Shown: positions 18,035-28,246 of the stretch, piece after piece
How the letters are laid out: the number at the start of each line of letters is the position of its first letter
Position numbering within the stretch: the stretch's first letter is position 1
Source of the DNA: an uncultured bacterium
GTDB taxonomy: Bacteria; SAR324; NAC60-12
Length of the DNA: 64,000 nt
Assembly: GCA_965662235.1 (NCBI GenBank)
Contig: CBFIGY010000014.1
Location: 10,780 to 74,779, forward strand
Direction of reading: 5' to 3'
The notes under the pieces: generated by a model
The model's input: the letters and a program-made list of their open reading frames with translations, nothing else
What the model was told of the DNA's origin: nothing
Databases searched by the model: none
Made by a program: the position numbers and the translations under genes

Positions 18035-19489
18035 TTAGAGGCCTCGGACGGACAGGGCAGCCAGCTCCATGAAGGTTTCTGGGAAAATTCCCAGGTAGAG
18101 GACCGCAACCGCAGAGCCAATGAGACCGGCGATGGCAAATCCGGAGGCCTGACGGACCTCTTGCGTGGAAGCCGTTTGCCCTTCCCGCATGTACATGTAA
18201 ACGATGACCCGAAGGTAGTAGTAAACGGACAGGCCGCTGTTGAGGAACCCAATCACTGTCAGCCAGACCCACCCTTCTTCCAAAGCTGCGCTGAAGATCT
18301 GCAGCTTGCCCGTGAAGCCACCGGTCAGCGGAAGCCCGATCAGTGACAGCATGAACAGCGCCATCAGGAAGGCGAGGAAGGGGCGTTGCTTGGCGTATCC
18401 GGCCAAGTCGTCGAAGGTCTCCGGGGCCTTGCCGTGGTGGGCAATGGTCAGAATGCCGAAGGCGCCGGTTCCCATGATGGCGTAAGCACAGGAGTAGAAG
18501 AGGATGCCGCTCAGAGCTGAATCCGTCCCCACGGTCACAGCCACCATGACGTAGCCAGCGTGAGCGATGGAGGAGTAGGCGAGCATGCGTTTGACGTCGC
18601 TCTGCTGAAGCGCCATCAGGTTGCCAATCGTCATGGTCAGCACCGCAATCAGCCAGAGCAGGTCGCTCCAGTTTTCTGATCCCATTGGCATGCCCGTTAG
18701 CAGAATGCGAACCAGCATGGCAAAACCTGCCGCCTTGGCAGCAGCCGACATGAAGCCGGTCACCGGAGTCGGAGCACCGGAGTAGACGTCCGGGGTCCAC
18801 ATGTGGAACGGTACCACTGCCACCTTGAAGCCGACGGCGATGATGATCATGGACCCGCCCACAATCGCCAGCGGATTGGTGGCCGCGCCTGCTTGGCTGA
18901 GAGAGTAGATAATTTCTGGAATCAAGGTGCTGCCGGTCGCGCCGTAGAGCAAGGAGAAGCCATAGAGCAAAAAGCCCGTTGAGAAGGCTCCCAAGAGCAG
19001 GTACTTCAGTGCTGCTTCTCCCGACCGCGGAACGCCGCGGCGCATGCCCACCAGGATGTAGCTGGAAATGGACATGATCTCCAACCCGATGAAGATGACC
19101 AGCAGGTCCAGGCTGGAGGTCATGAACATCATCCCAATGACCGAGCTGATGAGGAGCACGTAGTACTCGCCATAGTTCATGTCGTGGTCTGCTAGGTACT
19201 GCCGCGAAAGAAGCACCGTCAGGATGCCGACGATCAGGTAGATGCTTTCGAAGAGGATTGAGTAGCCATCGGCCACCACGGTTCCGTAAAATCCGGAAGC
19301 GTTGGTGCCGTAGAGCTGAAACTCGGCGTAGAGGGCGATCAGGAAGCCACCCAGTGTTGCCACCGCCAGGGTATCGGTTCGGTGCTCCTTGGGAGCAAAC
19401 AGATCGGCCATCATGACCGCCAGGGCCACCACAGTGAGGATGATCTCCGGAATGATTGGAATAAGGTCTTTGGCGGTGATGAATTCCAT
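18035..19489 (-). CDS. nuoN: NADH-quinone oxidoreductase subunit N
   Basis: About 14 TM helices with GEYY, LEIMSISSY, EAALKY, FKVAVVPFHMWTPDVYSGAP and KRMLAYSSIAHAGY. Confidence 0.95.
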   Translation of the reverse strand: MEFITAKDLIPIIPEIILTVVALAVMMADLFAPKEHRTDTLAVATLGGFLIALYAEFQLYGTNASGFYGTVVADGYSILFESIYLIVGILTVLLSRQYLADHDMNYGEYYVLLISSVIGMMFMTSSLDLLVIFIGLEIMSISSYILVGMRRGVPRSGEAALKYLLLGAFSTGFLLYGFSLLYGATGSTLIPEIIYSLSQAGAATNPLAIVGGSMIIIAVGFKVAVVPFHMWTPDVYSGAPTPVTGFMSAAAKAAGFAMLVRILLTGMPMGSENWSDLLWLIAVLTMTIGNLMALQQSDVKRMLAYSSIAHAGYVMVAVTVGTDSALSGILFYSCAYAIMGTGAFGILTIAHHGKAPETFDDLAGYAKQRPFLAFLMALFMLSLIGLPLTGGFTGKLQIFSAALEEGWVWLTVIGFLNSGLSVYYYLRVIVYMYMREGQTASTQEVRQASGFAIAGLIGSAVAVLYLGIFPETFMELAALSVRGL

Positions 19490-19653
19490 TCGGGAACTCC
19501 TAGGACATTAACAAAAGGTCGCGTGGCGCTGGAAGGACCTCACCCGAGGCGTTCCACAAACCGCTTAACACTGAAGATATAGATTTCGGTGTCAAAGCGC
19601 TAAAAAGTCAAAGTGCATAACCTGTCACAGCAACTTTGAGCAATCAAGCCATT

Positions 19654-20862
19654 TCAAAAGGTCAGCAGGTGCCCCAGCTTGCTCTGCTTGGCACGGAGGT
19701 AGGCTTCGTTGCTGGGGTTGGTCGGCGTCTGCAGCGGCACCCGTTCCACCACCTCCAAGCCGTGCCCCTGAATGCCCACAATCTTCCGCGGGTTGTTTGT
19801 CATCAGGCGCATGCGTCGGACTCCTAGGTGGTAGAGCATCTGAGCCCCCAGGCCGTAGTCCCTCAGGTCGGGCTGAAAGCCGAGTTCCTTGTTGGCTTCA
19901 ACCGTATCAGCCCCTTCTTCCTGCAACCGGTAGGCCCGGATCTTGTTCATCAGCCCAATCCCACGTCCCTCCTGAGGCAGGTAGAGGATGACGCCCTTGC
20001 CTTCTCCTTCCACCAGTTCCATGGCCGCATGCAGCTGCGGACCACAGTCGCACCGGAAGGAGCCAAACACGTCTCCCGTCAGGCACTCCGAGTGCACCCG
20101 GACCAGCACCGGCTCATCCGGCTCCCAGCTGCCCTTGACGAGCGCCACGTAGTCGCTGTCATCCAGCCGGCTGCGGAACCCAATCACCCGGAACGTCCCC
20201 CACTGAGTGGGCAGCACGGCCTCTGCCTTCACGTCCACCAGCGTCTCATGACGCTTGCGGTACTGAATCAGGTCGGCGATGGTGACCAGTTTGATGTTGT
20301 GGTCATCGGCAAACTGCCGAAGCTCCGGGTAGCGGGCCATGGAACCGTCGTCGTTCATGACCTCACAGATGACGCCTCCGGGCTTGAACCCTGCCATCCG
20401 GGCCAAGTCCACTGCAGCCTCCGTGTGTCCCGCTCGCTTGAGGACGCCTCCCTCTTGGGCCAGCAGCGGAAAGATGTGTCCCGGACGACGCAGGTCACCG
20501 GGTCCGGTATCAGAAGCCATCGCCACCTGCACGGTTCGGGCACGGTCGGCGGCAGAAATTCCTGTGGAGACCCCGGTGGCCGCTTCAATGGTGACCGTGA
20601 AGTTAGTGCCATGTCCGGAAGTGTTGTCTGCCACCATCAGGGGCAGGTCCAGCTGCTTGCAGCGGGCCTCATCAATTGGCATGCAGATCAGGCCTCGCGC
20701 GTATTTTGCCATGAAATTAATGGCTTCCGGCGTAATTCTTTCTGCCGCACAGATGAGATCACCCTCATTTTCCCGGTCGGCATCGTCCACCATCAGGACC
20801 ATTTCACCGTTGCGGATGGCCTCAATGGCTTCTTCAATTGTCTCAAAGCGGGTTTCCGTCAT
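19654..20862 (-). CDS. ribBA: Bifunctional DHBP synthase / GTP cyclohydrolase II
   Basis: [45 protein letters not shown] and TNNPRK. Start at ATG 20862. Confidence 0.97.
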   Translation of the reverse strand: MTETRFETIEEAIEAIRNGEMVLMVDDADRENEGDLICAAERITPEAINFMAKYARGLICMPIDEARCKQLDLPLMVADNTSGHGTNFTVTIEAATGVSTGISAADRARTVQVAMASDTGPGDLRRPGHIFPLLAQEGGVLKRAGHTEAAVDLARMAGFKPGGVICEVMNDDGSMARYPELRQFADDHNIKLVTIADLIQYRKRHETLVDVKAEAVLPTQWGTFRVIGFRSRLDDSDYVALVKGSWEPDEPVLVRVHSECLTGDVFGSFRCDCGPQLHAAMELVEGEGKGVILYLPQEGRGIGLMNKIRAYRLQEEGADTVEANKELGFQPDLRDYGLGAQMLYHLGVRRMRLMTNNPRKIVGIQGHGLEVVERVPLQTPTNPSNEAYLRAKQSKLGHLLTF

Positions 20863-21070
20863 GAAGTCTCTCGGAAGGAGGCAGGAATAAATCGTCAATC
20901 GTGTCAACATAGCCTACTCAGACGGAACGGGCAATTCCGATTGTCGCTCCAAGGAAGCCGCGCTGTCAGACCGGACGTCAGCCTTGATTTTTGCTTGCGT
21001 GCCAGAGGAAATCCGTTACGTTGTTCGCCAATGGAGCACTCGCCTAACTCTTACCCCAATACACCCTGAT

Positions 21071-21784
21071 ATGAAACGACGAAAATCCTTCATCGCCCTG
21101 GTTGCCTTGCTGTTCCTAGGAACCACTGGCGCCTCTGCTGAGAGCCCGTTGAGCCTCGACTTCTCTCAGGCCTCAGGGGATCCGGAAGACTGGTTTGCCT
21201 CCCAAGGCTGGGAATTCAAGGAGGACATTGGGGACATGAATCCCCGCTTCGAAAACGGACGCTTTGTGGTTGAGCCCACCGACGATGACCTGGGCCTGGT
21301 AATCCGGCAGTTTGAGGAAGGCTCCTACCTAGACGGCGTGCAGCGCCTGCGCATCTCCTGGGGAGTAGAGCAGTATCCGGACGGCGCCGACTGGAGCGGT
21401 CCCAAGGACCAAACCCGCAACACACGTGAACCGATCTCCCTGATGGTCTTCTTTGGGGATGAGAAGGTGGACAGCGGCAACAGCTTTGTCCCGGACCTGC
21501 CTTACTTCATGAGCTTCTTCCTAGGAGAAAAGGAACGTCCCGATCAAGCCTATGTGGCCAACTACTGGCAGAAGGGCGGGCGGTACTTCTGCATTCCGTG
21601 CGACGGCAGCCTCAACAAGACCTTTGTCACCGATGTGGAACTGCCCAAGCTCTTCCAGCAGGAATTCGGCAAGGCCATGCCTCCCATCAGCGGACTGACG
21701 ATCGAGATTGACGTCCAGAAGACCAATGAAAAGAACGGCCGACACGCCAAGGCCTACATTGAGCGCATCGAATTGCTCAACTGA
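21071..21784 (+). CDS. Secreted hypothetical protein, possibly DUF3047-like
   Basis: Signal peptide MKRRKSF...ASA; the C-terminus ISGLTIEIDVQKT...AKAYIERIEL resembles DUF3047 C-termini as I recall them. Confidence 0.6.
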   Translation: MKRRKSFIALVALLFLGTTGASAESPLSLDFSQASGDPEDWFASQGWEFKEDIGDMNPRFENGRFVVEPTDDDLGLVIRQFEEGSYLDGVQRLRISWGVEQYPDGADWSGPKDQTRNTREPISLMVFFGDEKVDSGNSFVPDLPYFMSFFLGEKERPDQAYVANYWQKGGRYFCIPCDGSLNKTFVTDVELPKLFQQEFGKAMPPISGLTIEIDVQKTNEKNGRHAKAYIERIELLN

Positions 21785-21801
21785 GCACTCCTGCGTTTGC
21801 A

Positions 21802-21825
21802 GGCTCCTCTGAAAACAGAGGGGCC
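21802..21825 (+). other. Intergenic stem-loop
   Basis: GGCTCCTCTG-AAAA-CAGAGGGGCC, a 10-bp stem with one G-U pair and no U-tract. Confidence 0.45.
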
Positions 21826-21852
21826 GTCACCTCGCTTCCTCATGTGACGCCT

Positions 21853-22914
21853 ATGCTTGAAACGGATTCAATCTCCTCCAGCGAGTCGGAAGGCGCCTTC
21901 AACGAATTCATCGAAGACCAGCTGGAAAACCTAGTGGACTCCATCCTCACCGAAGGGGACCTGACCTCTGTCGGTGAGCGGGGCAGCGACGTCATCGTTG
22001 AAATTGACGACATCATCGCGCCCACCTTCACCTATGGTGACGAAGGCGGCGGAGGCGGTGGAGGGGGCTCTGGTCCCGGACGAGGCGGCGGAAAGATTCG
22101 CTTCAGCGTCCCCTTCGACTTCCTCATGGAACGGGTTGCGCGCTCCTTGCGCCTGCCCAACCTGAAGAAGGAAGGCAAGGGACGCATCAAGGAAGTCACC
22201 CACGAGTTCAAGACCTTTGGTCCCGTGGGCACCATCTTGGACAAAAAGCGGACCTTCAAGCGAGCCCTCAAGTCCAGCATCGGCATGGAGGTGTACCGTC
22301 CGGAAGAGGGACAGCACACCATTGAGTTTCACCGTCGCGACCGCCGCTACCGGGTTCCGGAACGGGTGGAGAAGCCCAAGTTCAAGGCGGTCGTCTTCTA
22401 CATGGGAGACATTTCCTTCTCCACCTATGGTGAGCGCCTGAAGCTAGAGAAGCGGCTGGTGGGCTTCATCCAGCACTGGATCGATTTCAACTACGGCGCC
22501 AAGAATGTGGAGCACCGTTTCTTTGTGCACGACGCCGACGCCCATGAGGTGCAGGAGGAGGATTTCTATCAGGTAGGCAACTCCGGAGGCACCCTTGCAG
22601 CGCCGGTGTACCAGCTCGTGCACCAAGTGGCCACCAATGAATACGACCCGTCATCAACCAATTTTTACGGGTTCTACTTTGGAGACGGGGAGCTGTTTGA
22701 TGAAGATGCGAAGGAGATTGTCGCTGTTCTGGAAGACCAGATGCGGCCCATCTTCAACCGCATTGGCATCGTCGAGGTCCAGCCAGGACGGCTCAGCCTA
22801 CTGAACCGTCAGGTGGCCACGCAGTTTCACCGAGACCAGGTGATCCGGCTTGGTGAGATCAACGACCGTTTGGAAACCATCGAAGTGATCAAAACCCTGT
22901 TCGCGGAACGCTGA
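21853..22914 (+). CDS. YeaH/YhbH (DUF444) family protein
   Basis: Gly-rich linker, LPNLKKEG, LDKKRTFKRA, MIDAS-like DISFS, SGGT and YFGDGE. Start is ATG 21853 or GTG 21844. Confidence 0.85.
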   Translation: MLETDSISSSESEGAFNEFIEDQLENLVDSILTEGDLTSVGERGSDVIVEIDDIIAPTFTYGDEGGGGGGGGSGPGRGGGKIRFSVPFDFLMERVARSLRLPNLKKEGKGRIKEVTHEFKTFGPVGTILDKKRTFKRALKSSIGMEVYRPEEGQHTIEFHRRDRRYRVPERVEKPKFKAVVFYMGDISFSTYGERLKLEKRLVGFIQHWIDFNYGAKNVEHRFFVHDADAHEVQEEDFYQVGNSGGTLAAPVYQLVHQVATNEYDPSSTNFYGFYFGDGELFDEDAKEIVAVLEDQMRPIFNRIGIVEVQPGRLSLLNRQVATQFHRDQVIRLGEINDRLETIEVIKTLFAER

Positions 22915-24536
22915 TGCGGAGCATTCAAACCGACCCTGAACTGCACTTTCTGGAACAACGGGTCCTGCACCACGCCCGAGACTTCGGACGGACCCTCCCC
23001 GAGATGCGCTTCTTTGTGCTGGACAGCACCGAGTTCATGTCGTTGCTGGAAAAGGGCGTCTACCCCACCTCCCCGGTCAACATCTGGGAAGGCAAGCGTA
23101 TGGTGGGCCGCAAGCACCGGGTGGAAACAGGACAAGAATCTGCCATTTATTATGAGGTTGTCCAGACCGGCAACCCGTCTTACGCCTACCTCAACCACAC
23201 CAACTCACCGATGATGCAGGCGTCGGTGATGGCACACGTGGTCGGGCACTGCGAGTTTTCTGAGCTGAACGTCCTCCGAGATTCGACTCAGGACCGGACC
23301 GAGTACGTCATGCACCTGGTCCGCAAGGTCGACCTCGCCCGGCAGCAGATGGGAGAGGTGCACTACTCTCAGTACTGGAACGCCTGCGAGTCGCTGATCT
23401 CGCTGATCTCCCCGCACTCTCAGTACAACCTTGCCCGCTCCGTCGAAACCGACACCCCGGCACGGCAGCAGGAAACCGATACCCACATCGCTGAGAAGCA
23501 ACCGCCCTCGCCCCTTGCTCCCATCTCGTCGACACTCGATGCCCTGCTCCTGCAGCCCGACCCGGATCAGGCCTGGTACAAGGAGATGCAGTCGAAGATC
23601 CGACAGGAGACCCTGAGCCGCAAGGGGTACAAGCTCCGGGCACCGTGTCAGGACATCTTTGGCTTCCTCCGGAACCATGCGCCCACAAGTCGCTCGGAGA
23701 AGACGCTGCTCAACTACCTTTACACCACCCACTTCACCCACGACTTCATCATCCGGACTCAGATCATGAACGAGGGCTGGGCGATGTACTGGGAGAAAAA
23801 GATCATGCTGGAGCTGTTCAAGGAAAAGGCGGTCACCGGTATCATTGACTACGCCCGGGTGTTTTCTGGAGTCTGCTACCCTCGTCCTTATTACGCCCGC
23901 AACCCGTATCACCTCGGCTTCCACCTCTGGAACCACATTGAGGAACTCTACCGCGAGGGCAAGGTTTCCCTGGCCTATGCCGAAGAAACCGACCAGTCCG
24001 TCAAGGACCACTGGAAGCGGGAACCAGACAAGCCGCCTGTTGCCTACATGGAAGACCTCATCCGGACGGTGACGGATTACGAATTCCTCCGGCGCTTCCT
24101 CACCCCAGCGCTGGTCCACGAGTTCCACCTCAACCGCTTCCACCGGGCAGAGGCGCAACGCCTGCGCCTGCCGCCAGACAGCATTGTCCAAGAAGACCGG
24201 AACTACGTCTGGCTCGATCCGGAGCCCGTCAAGGAAGAGATGCTGCAGTTCTTTACGCACTTCCACCGGCCGCGGATCTACCTCATTGATACCGACTTTC
24301 AGGATGGTGGCCTGCTGCTGTACCACCGGGACGATGGCCGCCGCCTCCGGAAGGACTGGATCAAGCCCACCCTCAAGAACCTCAACATGGTCTGGAAGGG
24401 GCCGGTGTACCTCATCTCCCGCAACTGGCTCTACTCCTTTTCAGCCAACCTGTTTAAGGAGACCGTGGTCACCGAGCTGCGCTTTGAGGCCATTCTGGAG
24501 CGCATGCAGCGCTCTGAAAAACCGTTTCGGATGTAG
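22914..24536 (+). CDS. SpoVR/YcgB family protein
   Basis: IYYEVV, P-x-YAYL, VMAHVVGH, TQIMNEGWAMYW and NPYHLG motifs; TGATG coupling with the DUF444 gene. Confidence 0.9.
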   Translation: MRSIQTDPELHFLEQRVLHHARDFGRTLPEMRFFVLDSTEFMSLLEKGVYPTSPVNIWEGKRMVGRKHRVETGQESAIYYEVVQTGNPSYAYLNHTNSPMMQASVMAHVVGHCEFSELNVLRDSTQDRTEYVMHLVRKVDLARQQMGEVHYSQYWNACESLISLISPHSQYNLARSVETDTPARQQETDTHIAEKQPPSPLAPISSTLDALLLQPDPDQAWYKEMQSKIRQETLSRKGYKLRAPCQDIFGFLRNHAPTSRSEKTLLNYLYTTHFTHDFIIRTQIMNEGWAMYWEKKIMLELFKEKAVTGIIDYARVFSGVCYPRPYYARNPYHLGFHLWNHIEELYREGKVSLAYAEETDQSVKDHWKREPDKPPVAYMEDLIRTVTDYEFLRRFLTPALVHEFHLNRFHRAEAQRLRLPPDSIVQEDRNYVWLDPEPVKEEMLQFFTHFHRPRIYLIDTDFQDGGLLLYHRDDGRRLRKDWIKPTLKNLNMVWKGPVYLISRNWLYSFSANLFKETVVTELRFEAILERMQRSEKPFRM

Positions 24537-24539
24537 CTC

Positions 24540-25379
24540 ATGCCTGTGCGGATGGTTAGCTGGAACATTCAGTATGGAAAGGGCACTGACGGGCAGGTTA
24601 ATTTGTCCCGGACCTGTGACGTGTTGCGGTCCGGGGACCCGGACCTGATCTGCCTGCAGGAGGTTGCTCGGCATGACCCGCAGCTGGACGGAGCCGACCA
24701 ATTCGCCGAACTGCAGCAAGCGTTTCCGGACCATGAAGCCTTCTGGGGCGCAGCCGTGGAGCGTCCGGGAAGAGCATCAGGGCAGCGTTATGGATTCGGA
24801 AACGTCATCCTCTCACGCCTCCCATGGACGCAGGTGCAGCGTATCCGGCTTCCGTATCCGGCAGACCCGCAGTTTTTGTCCATGCCACGGCAGATGATTG
24901 AGCTGTCCCTCGCCTGTGGGTTCCGGCTGCTGACCACTCACCTTGAGTTCTTTTCCGAGTTTCAGCAACTGGCTCAGGTGGAAGCGCTCCGGGAGCACGA
25001 ACTGGAGGCGCAGGAGCACGCGGCAGCACCAGGTCCTAGCAAGCCTGGAACACCGTTTGACGCCCCTCCGGTTCCGGCAGGAGCGGTGCTCTGTGGTGAC
25101 CTCAACCTGACGCCTCAGAGCCCGTCTTATCGGCACCTCACTTCTGCAGAAGGAACCGGACACCCGGTTTGGGAAGACGCCTGGGCCCTGCTTTCTCCGG
25201 AGCACCCGCACCCTGCCACCTGTGGCGTTCACCCGGACCCTCAGTGGCGTGAAGGTCCGCACTGTCGCGACTACTTCTTGGTCTCCGGATCCGCCCGTCA
25301 GCAGCTCCGGCGCCTGTGGGTCGACACCGAAACACAGGCCTCTGATCATCAACCCGTCTGGCTGGAGTTGGACGCATGA
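24540..25379 (+). CDS. Endonuclease/exonuclease/phosphatase (EEP) family protein
   Basis: SWNIQ, DLICLQEV, GNVILSR, THLE, CGDLN and ASDHQP motifs. Confidence 0.92.
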   Translation: MPVRMVSWNIQYGKGTDGQVNLSRTCDVLRSGDPDLICLQEVARHDPQLDGADQFAELQQAFPDHEAFWGAAVERPGRASGQRYGFGNVILSRLPWTQVQRIRLPYPADPQFLSMPRQMIELSLACGFRLLTTHLEFFSEFQQLAQVEALREHELEAQEHAAAPGPSKPGTPFDAPPVPAGAVLCGDLNLTPQSPSYRHLTSAEGTGHPVWEDAWALLSPEHPHPATCGVHPDPQWREGPHCRDYFLVSGSARQQLRRLWVDTETQASDHQPVWLELDA

Positions 25380-25594
25380 AGTACCTCTGGCTGAGCGCCC
25401 TGCTCTTCACCGCCTGCTCCTCAGGCTCTTCCTTGCAGTACCGGACGGTCCCTGACTCCAAGTACCTCCTTTCCTGCCAAAGCACCCCGCACAACTGCTT
25501 CCGCCGGGCCGACTTCATTTGCGGCAACCGCCTCAAGGTGCTGGGGATGTCGCTCCAGGAGGAAGATGCGCAGGTGCTGATTTCCTGTCGATGA
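25376..25594 (+). CDS. Small Cys-rich putative lipoprotein
   Basis: Lipobox FTAC plus four more Cys; ATGA overlap with the EEP gene. Confidence 0.65.
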   Translation: MKYLWLSALLFTACSSGSSLQYRTVPDSKYLLSCQSTPHNCFRRADFICGNRLKVLGMSLQEEDAQVLISCR

Positions 25595-25673
25595 ACCACA
25601 GCCTCCTCCCGTTGCCTTGAATTTGCATGGCCTTGCGACAGTGACGCAAGACCCCTTACGCAAATGACGTTTC

Positions 25674-26240
25674 ATGCGAATTTTTGGCTTACTTTTCCTC
25701 GGATTCTTTCTCCTCAGCACCACCCTAGAAGCCGCAGGGCCTCCGTGGCGCCTACGCTTCATCGCGCCTCGGAGTGAGTCCGGAGCCCTCCAGTTGAATG
25801 AACAGACGCCTGAAGACGCCTCCAATTCCAGTGGCAAGGGCTTCTCCCTCATCTTTGGGAACGGCTTCGGCTTTGGCATTTCCAACATGCAGACCGACGG
25901 TTCTGTCGCTGGAAACCCGGTTTCCGTCAGTGCCGACAGCCTAGATGTGTCTTACACCATCGGGTCTCGCTGGAGCCTCACGCTTGGCGTGGGCACCATC
26001 ACCGCTGGTGACTCAACGCTTTGGCAGTCTGGAGTGGCTTATGCCACTGGGAATGTGGAGGGCCGAACGGCACTGGGCCTGCTGGGCCTCCCGTTTTTGG
26101 GAGGAGAGGTGTTGGTGGGAATGCGAGGGGATGATGTGGAGTACCGGGGCTATCGCTCTGCTTCCAGCCCCAACCCGACCAGCACCGTCCTCACGTCTTC
26201 CACCCGTCAGGTGATGCTGGGCTTCGGGCTCTTCTTCTAG
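25674..26240 (+). CDS. Secreted protein, probable small outer-membrane beta-barrel
   Basis: Signal peptide, alternating Gly/hydrophobic strands and C-terminal Phe (MLGFGLFF). Confidence 0.55.
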   Translation: MRIFGLLFLGFFLLSTTLEAAGPPWRLRFIAPRSESGALQLNEQTPEDASNSSGKGFSLIFGNGFGFGISNMQTDGSVAGNPVSVSADSLDVSYTIGSRWSLTLGVGTITAGDSTLWQSGVAYATGNVEGRTALGLLGLPFLGGEVLVGMRGDDVEYRGYRSASSPNPTSTVLTSSTRQVMLGFGLFF

Positions 26241-26244
26241 CCGA

Positions 26245-26706
26245 TCAGCTTTTTCGCATCTCAGACTCAATGTTAGCCAGGGCTCGCTTCAGGTTGGGCT
26301 CTGGCAGCGTCGCTTCTAGGATCACCAGTGCGCGCTTGTCGTCCTGAAAGAGAGGAAAGACCAGCACCTCCTGCGGAAGGACCTGCCGGGTCCGGAAGAA
26401 CGTTTGATCCGTCTTGCGCGAAAAGCCCTCAAAGACCTGGTTAAACTTCTCAAAGTCAAACTTCCGGACCTGCAGGGCCTGCTTCTGGTCGATGTTCCGC
26501 TTGAGCCGGTAGGTCAACTCATCCGCCACATGTCCTTCCACATCCTTGGAGTTCTTCCGAACCGTGTTGGAAATCACGGCAATTCCTCCTGCCTTTCCCT
26601 GAATCGTCTTGACGTACAGTTGGTCCAGAAAGGTCTCCCAGTCGGGCCGTACCACATCATGCCCGCTGGCCTGAAGGTTCTTCTTGCTTCCAAATAGTCC
26701 AAACAT
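26245..26706 (-). CDS. Hypothetical protein, divergent from the sox cluster
   Basis: 153-aa ORF starting MFGLFGSKK with normal codon usage; it fills the gap. Confidence 0.75.
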   Translation of the reverse strand: MFGLFGSKKNLQASGHDVVRPDWETFLDQLYVKTIQGKAGGIAVISNTVRKNSKDVEGHVADELTYRLKRNIDQKQALQVRKFDFEKFNQVFEGFSRKTDQTFFRTRQVLPQEVLVFPLFQDDKRALVILEATLPEPNLKRALANIESEMRKS

Positions 26707-27006
26707 GGGATCTCACATGCTGATGAGTAGAGACAGCGTCTTAAGTGAGACGCTGGGACTTAATCTTGCCGAAATGGCCCTAACATTCAAGTAGCACGAT
26801 GCATCGCCGGCTCCCCCCTTGTTCTCAGCTGGAAGCCACCCGCCTTCTAGGTAACTCTACGTAGTGAGGGGCTTGCCTTTCCGAAAAGGATATGCTTTGA
26901 TTCTACGCTAGTCGCAAAGCGATTTTTTTATTTGAATACTCAAATACTACCTCACCGACCGGCACCCAACGGTCCGGGGGGATCACTCCAATTTCATGAG
27001 GGGATC

Positions 27007-27348
27007 ATGAGAAAAACGCTAATCACCGGATTCGCCCTGCTGCTGGCAGGAGTCGCCTGGGGAGAGAGCGATGCTGAGCGCATTGCCCAAGGAAAGGCGA
27101 TTGCCTGGAACAGCACCAAAGGCAACTGCTTGGCCTGTCACATGATGGATAATGGGGACCTGCCTGGAAACACGGCCCCGCCTTTGATGATGATGAAGAG
27201 CCGCTTTCCTTCCAAAGCCGCGCTGCGGTCCCAGATCTGGGATCCGACGGTCCGCAACCCGAGCACCTTCATGCCGCCGTTTGGCAAGCATAAGATTCTG
27301 ACGGAGAAGGAAGTGGATCTGGTCACCGACTACATCTACTCGCTCTAA
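27007..27348 (+). CDS. soxX: Sulfur oxidation c-type cytochrome SoxX
   Basis: Signal peptide, KGNCLACH, GN-x-APPL and MPPFGKH; GAGGG RBS before ATG 27007. Confidence 0.95.
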   Translation: MRKTLITGFALLLAGVAWGESDAERIAQGKAIAWNSTKGNCLACHMMDNGDLPGNTAPPLMMMKSRFPSKAALRSQIWDPTVRNPSTFMPPFGKHKILTEKEVDLVTDYIYSL

Positions 27349-27389
27349 TTGAACCGCATCACCTGTAACGATCCACGAGGAGAGATCTC

Positions 27390-27854
27390 ATGAACCGAAG
27401 ATCATTCTTGAATAACGTCTTCCGTACGGGAACGCTGGCCTCCTTGGCCGTCGCCGGACTGGCGCTGCCCAAGCAGCTGCTTGCCGCCTGGAACCAGAAG
27501 GCCTTCAAGTCCAAGCAGTACACCGATGCTGTCAGCGAGCTGTATGGCTCGGCCAGCATGGAGCAGTCAGACAACATCATCCTCAAGGCTCCGGACATTG
27601 CGGAGAACGGCGCGGTGGTCCCGATCACCGTGGAGAGTGAGTTGCCAAACATCGAGTCCATCTCGATCCTAGTGGAAGCGAACCCGTCTCCGCTGGCGGC
27701 TGAGTTCCAGTTTGGTGCCGGCATGCGGGGCTACGCCTCCACGCGCCTGAAGATGGGAAAGACGTCCAACGTCCATGCCGTGGTCAAGGCTGACGGCAAG
27801 CTCTATCAAGCGACCAAGGAAGTGAAGGTCACCATTGGTGGCTGCGGCGGTTAA
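27390..27854 (+). CDS. soxY: Thiosulfate carrier protein SoxY
   Basis: Tat signal NRRSFL, APDIAENGAVVP and C-terminal swinging arm VKVTIGGCGG. Confidence 0.98.
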   Translation: MNRRSFLNNVFRTGTLASLAVAGLALPKQLLAAWNQKAFKSKQYTDAVSELYGSASMEQSDNIILKAPDIAENGAVVPITVESELPNIESISILVEANPSPLAAEFQFGAGMRGYASTRLKMGKTSNVHAVVKADGKLYQATKEVKVTIGGCGG

Positions 27855-27890
27855 TTCGGACAACATTCCCACTCACTCAAGGAGACCATT

Positions 27891-28199
27891 ATGGCAAACA
27901 GTGTTCGCATGCGCGCAAAGGCAACGGGAGACATCGTTGAGGTGAAGGCCCTCGTTCAGCACCCCATGGATACCGGACAAGCCAAGGACAAAAACGGGAA
28001 CCTCATCCCGGAGTACTTCATTCAAACCGTCGAAGCCAAGGTCAACGGCGCCACCATGCTCAATGCTCAGTGGAGCGTTGCCGTTTCCAAGAACCCGTAC
28101 CTTGCCTTTCAGTACAGCGGCAAGAAGGGAGACAAGATCGAGTTGGTCTGTGTAGACAACAAGGGAGAGACCTTCACCGGCAAGACCAGCGTTCGCTAA
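27891..28199 (+). CDS. soxZ: SoxZ
   Basis: VKALVQHPMDTG and VSKNPY motifs; no signal peptide. Confidence 0.97.
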   Translation: MANSVRMRAKATGDIVEVKALVQHPMDTGQAKDKNGNLIPEYFIQTVEAKVNGATMLNAQWSVAVSKNPYLAFQYSGKKGDKIELVCVDNKGETFTGKTSVR

Positions 28200-28246
28200 C
28201 GCCAAACCAGGATGAGGCTTGGGCCTCATCCCGTTAGGAGATAATT

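Noticed and set aside
20863..21070. FMN riboswitch upstream of ribBA
   Set aside because: No RFN consensus segments are visible on the minus strand.
22047..22093. GGC/GGA-rich low-complexity run
   Set aside because: It encodes the Gly-rich linker that is normal in DUF444/YeaH proteins.
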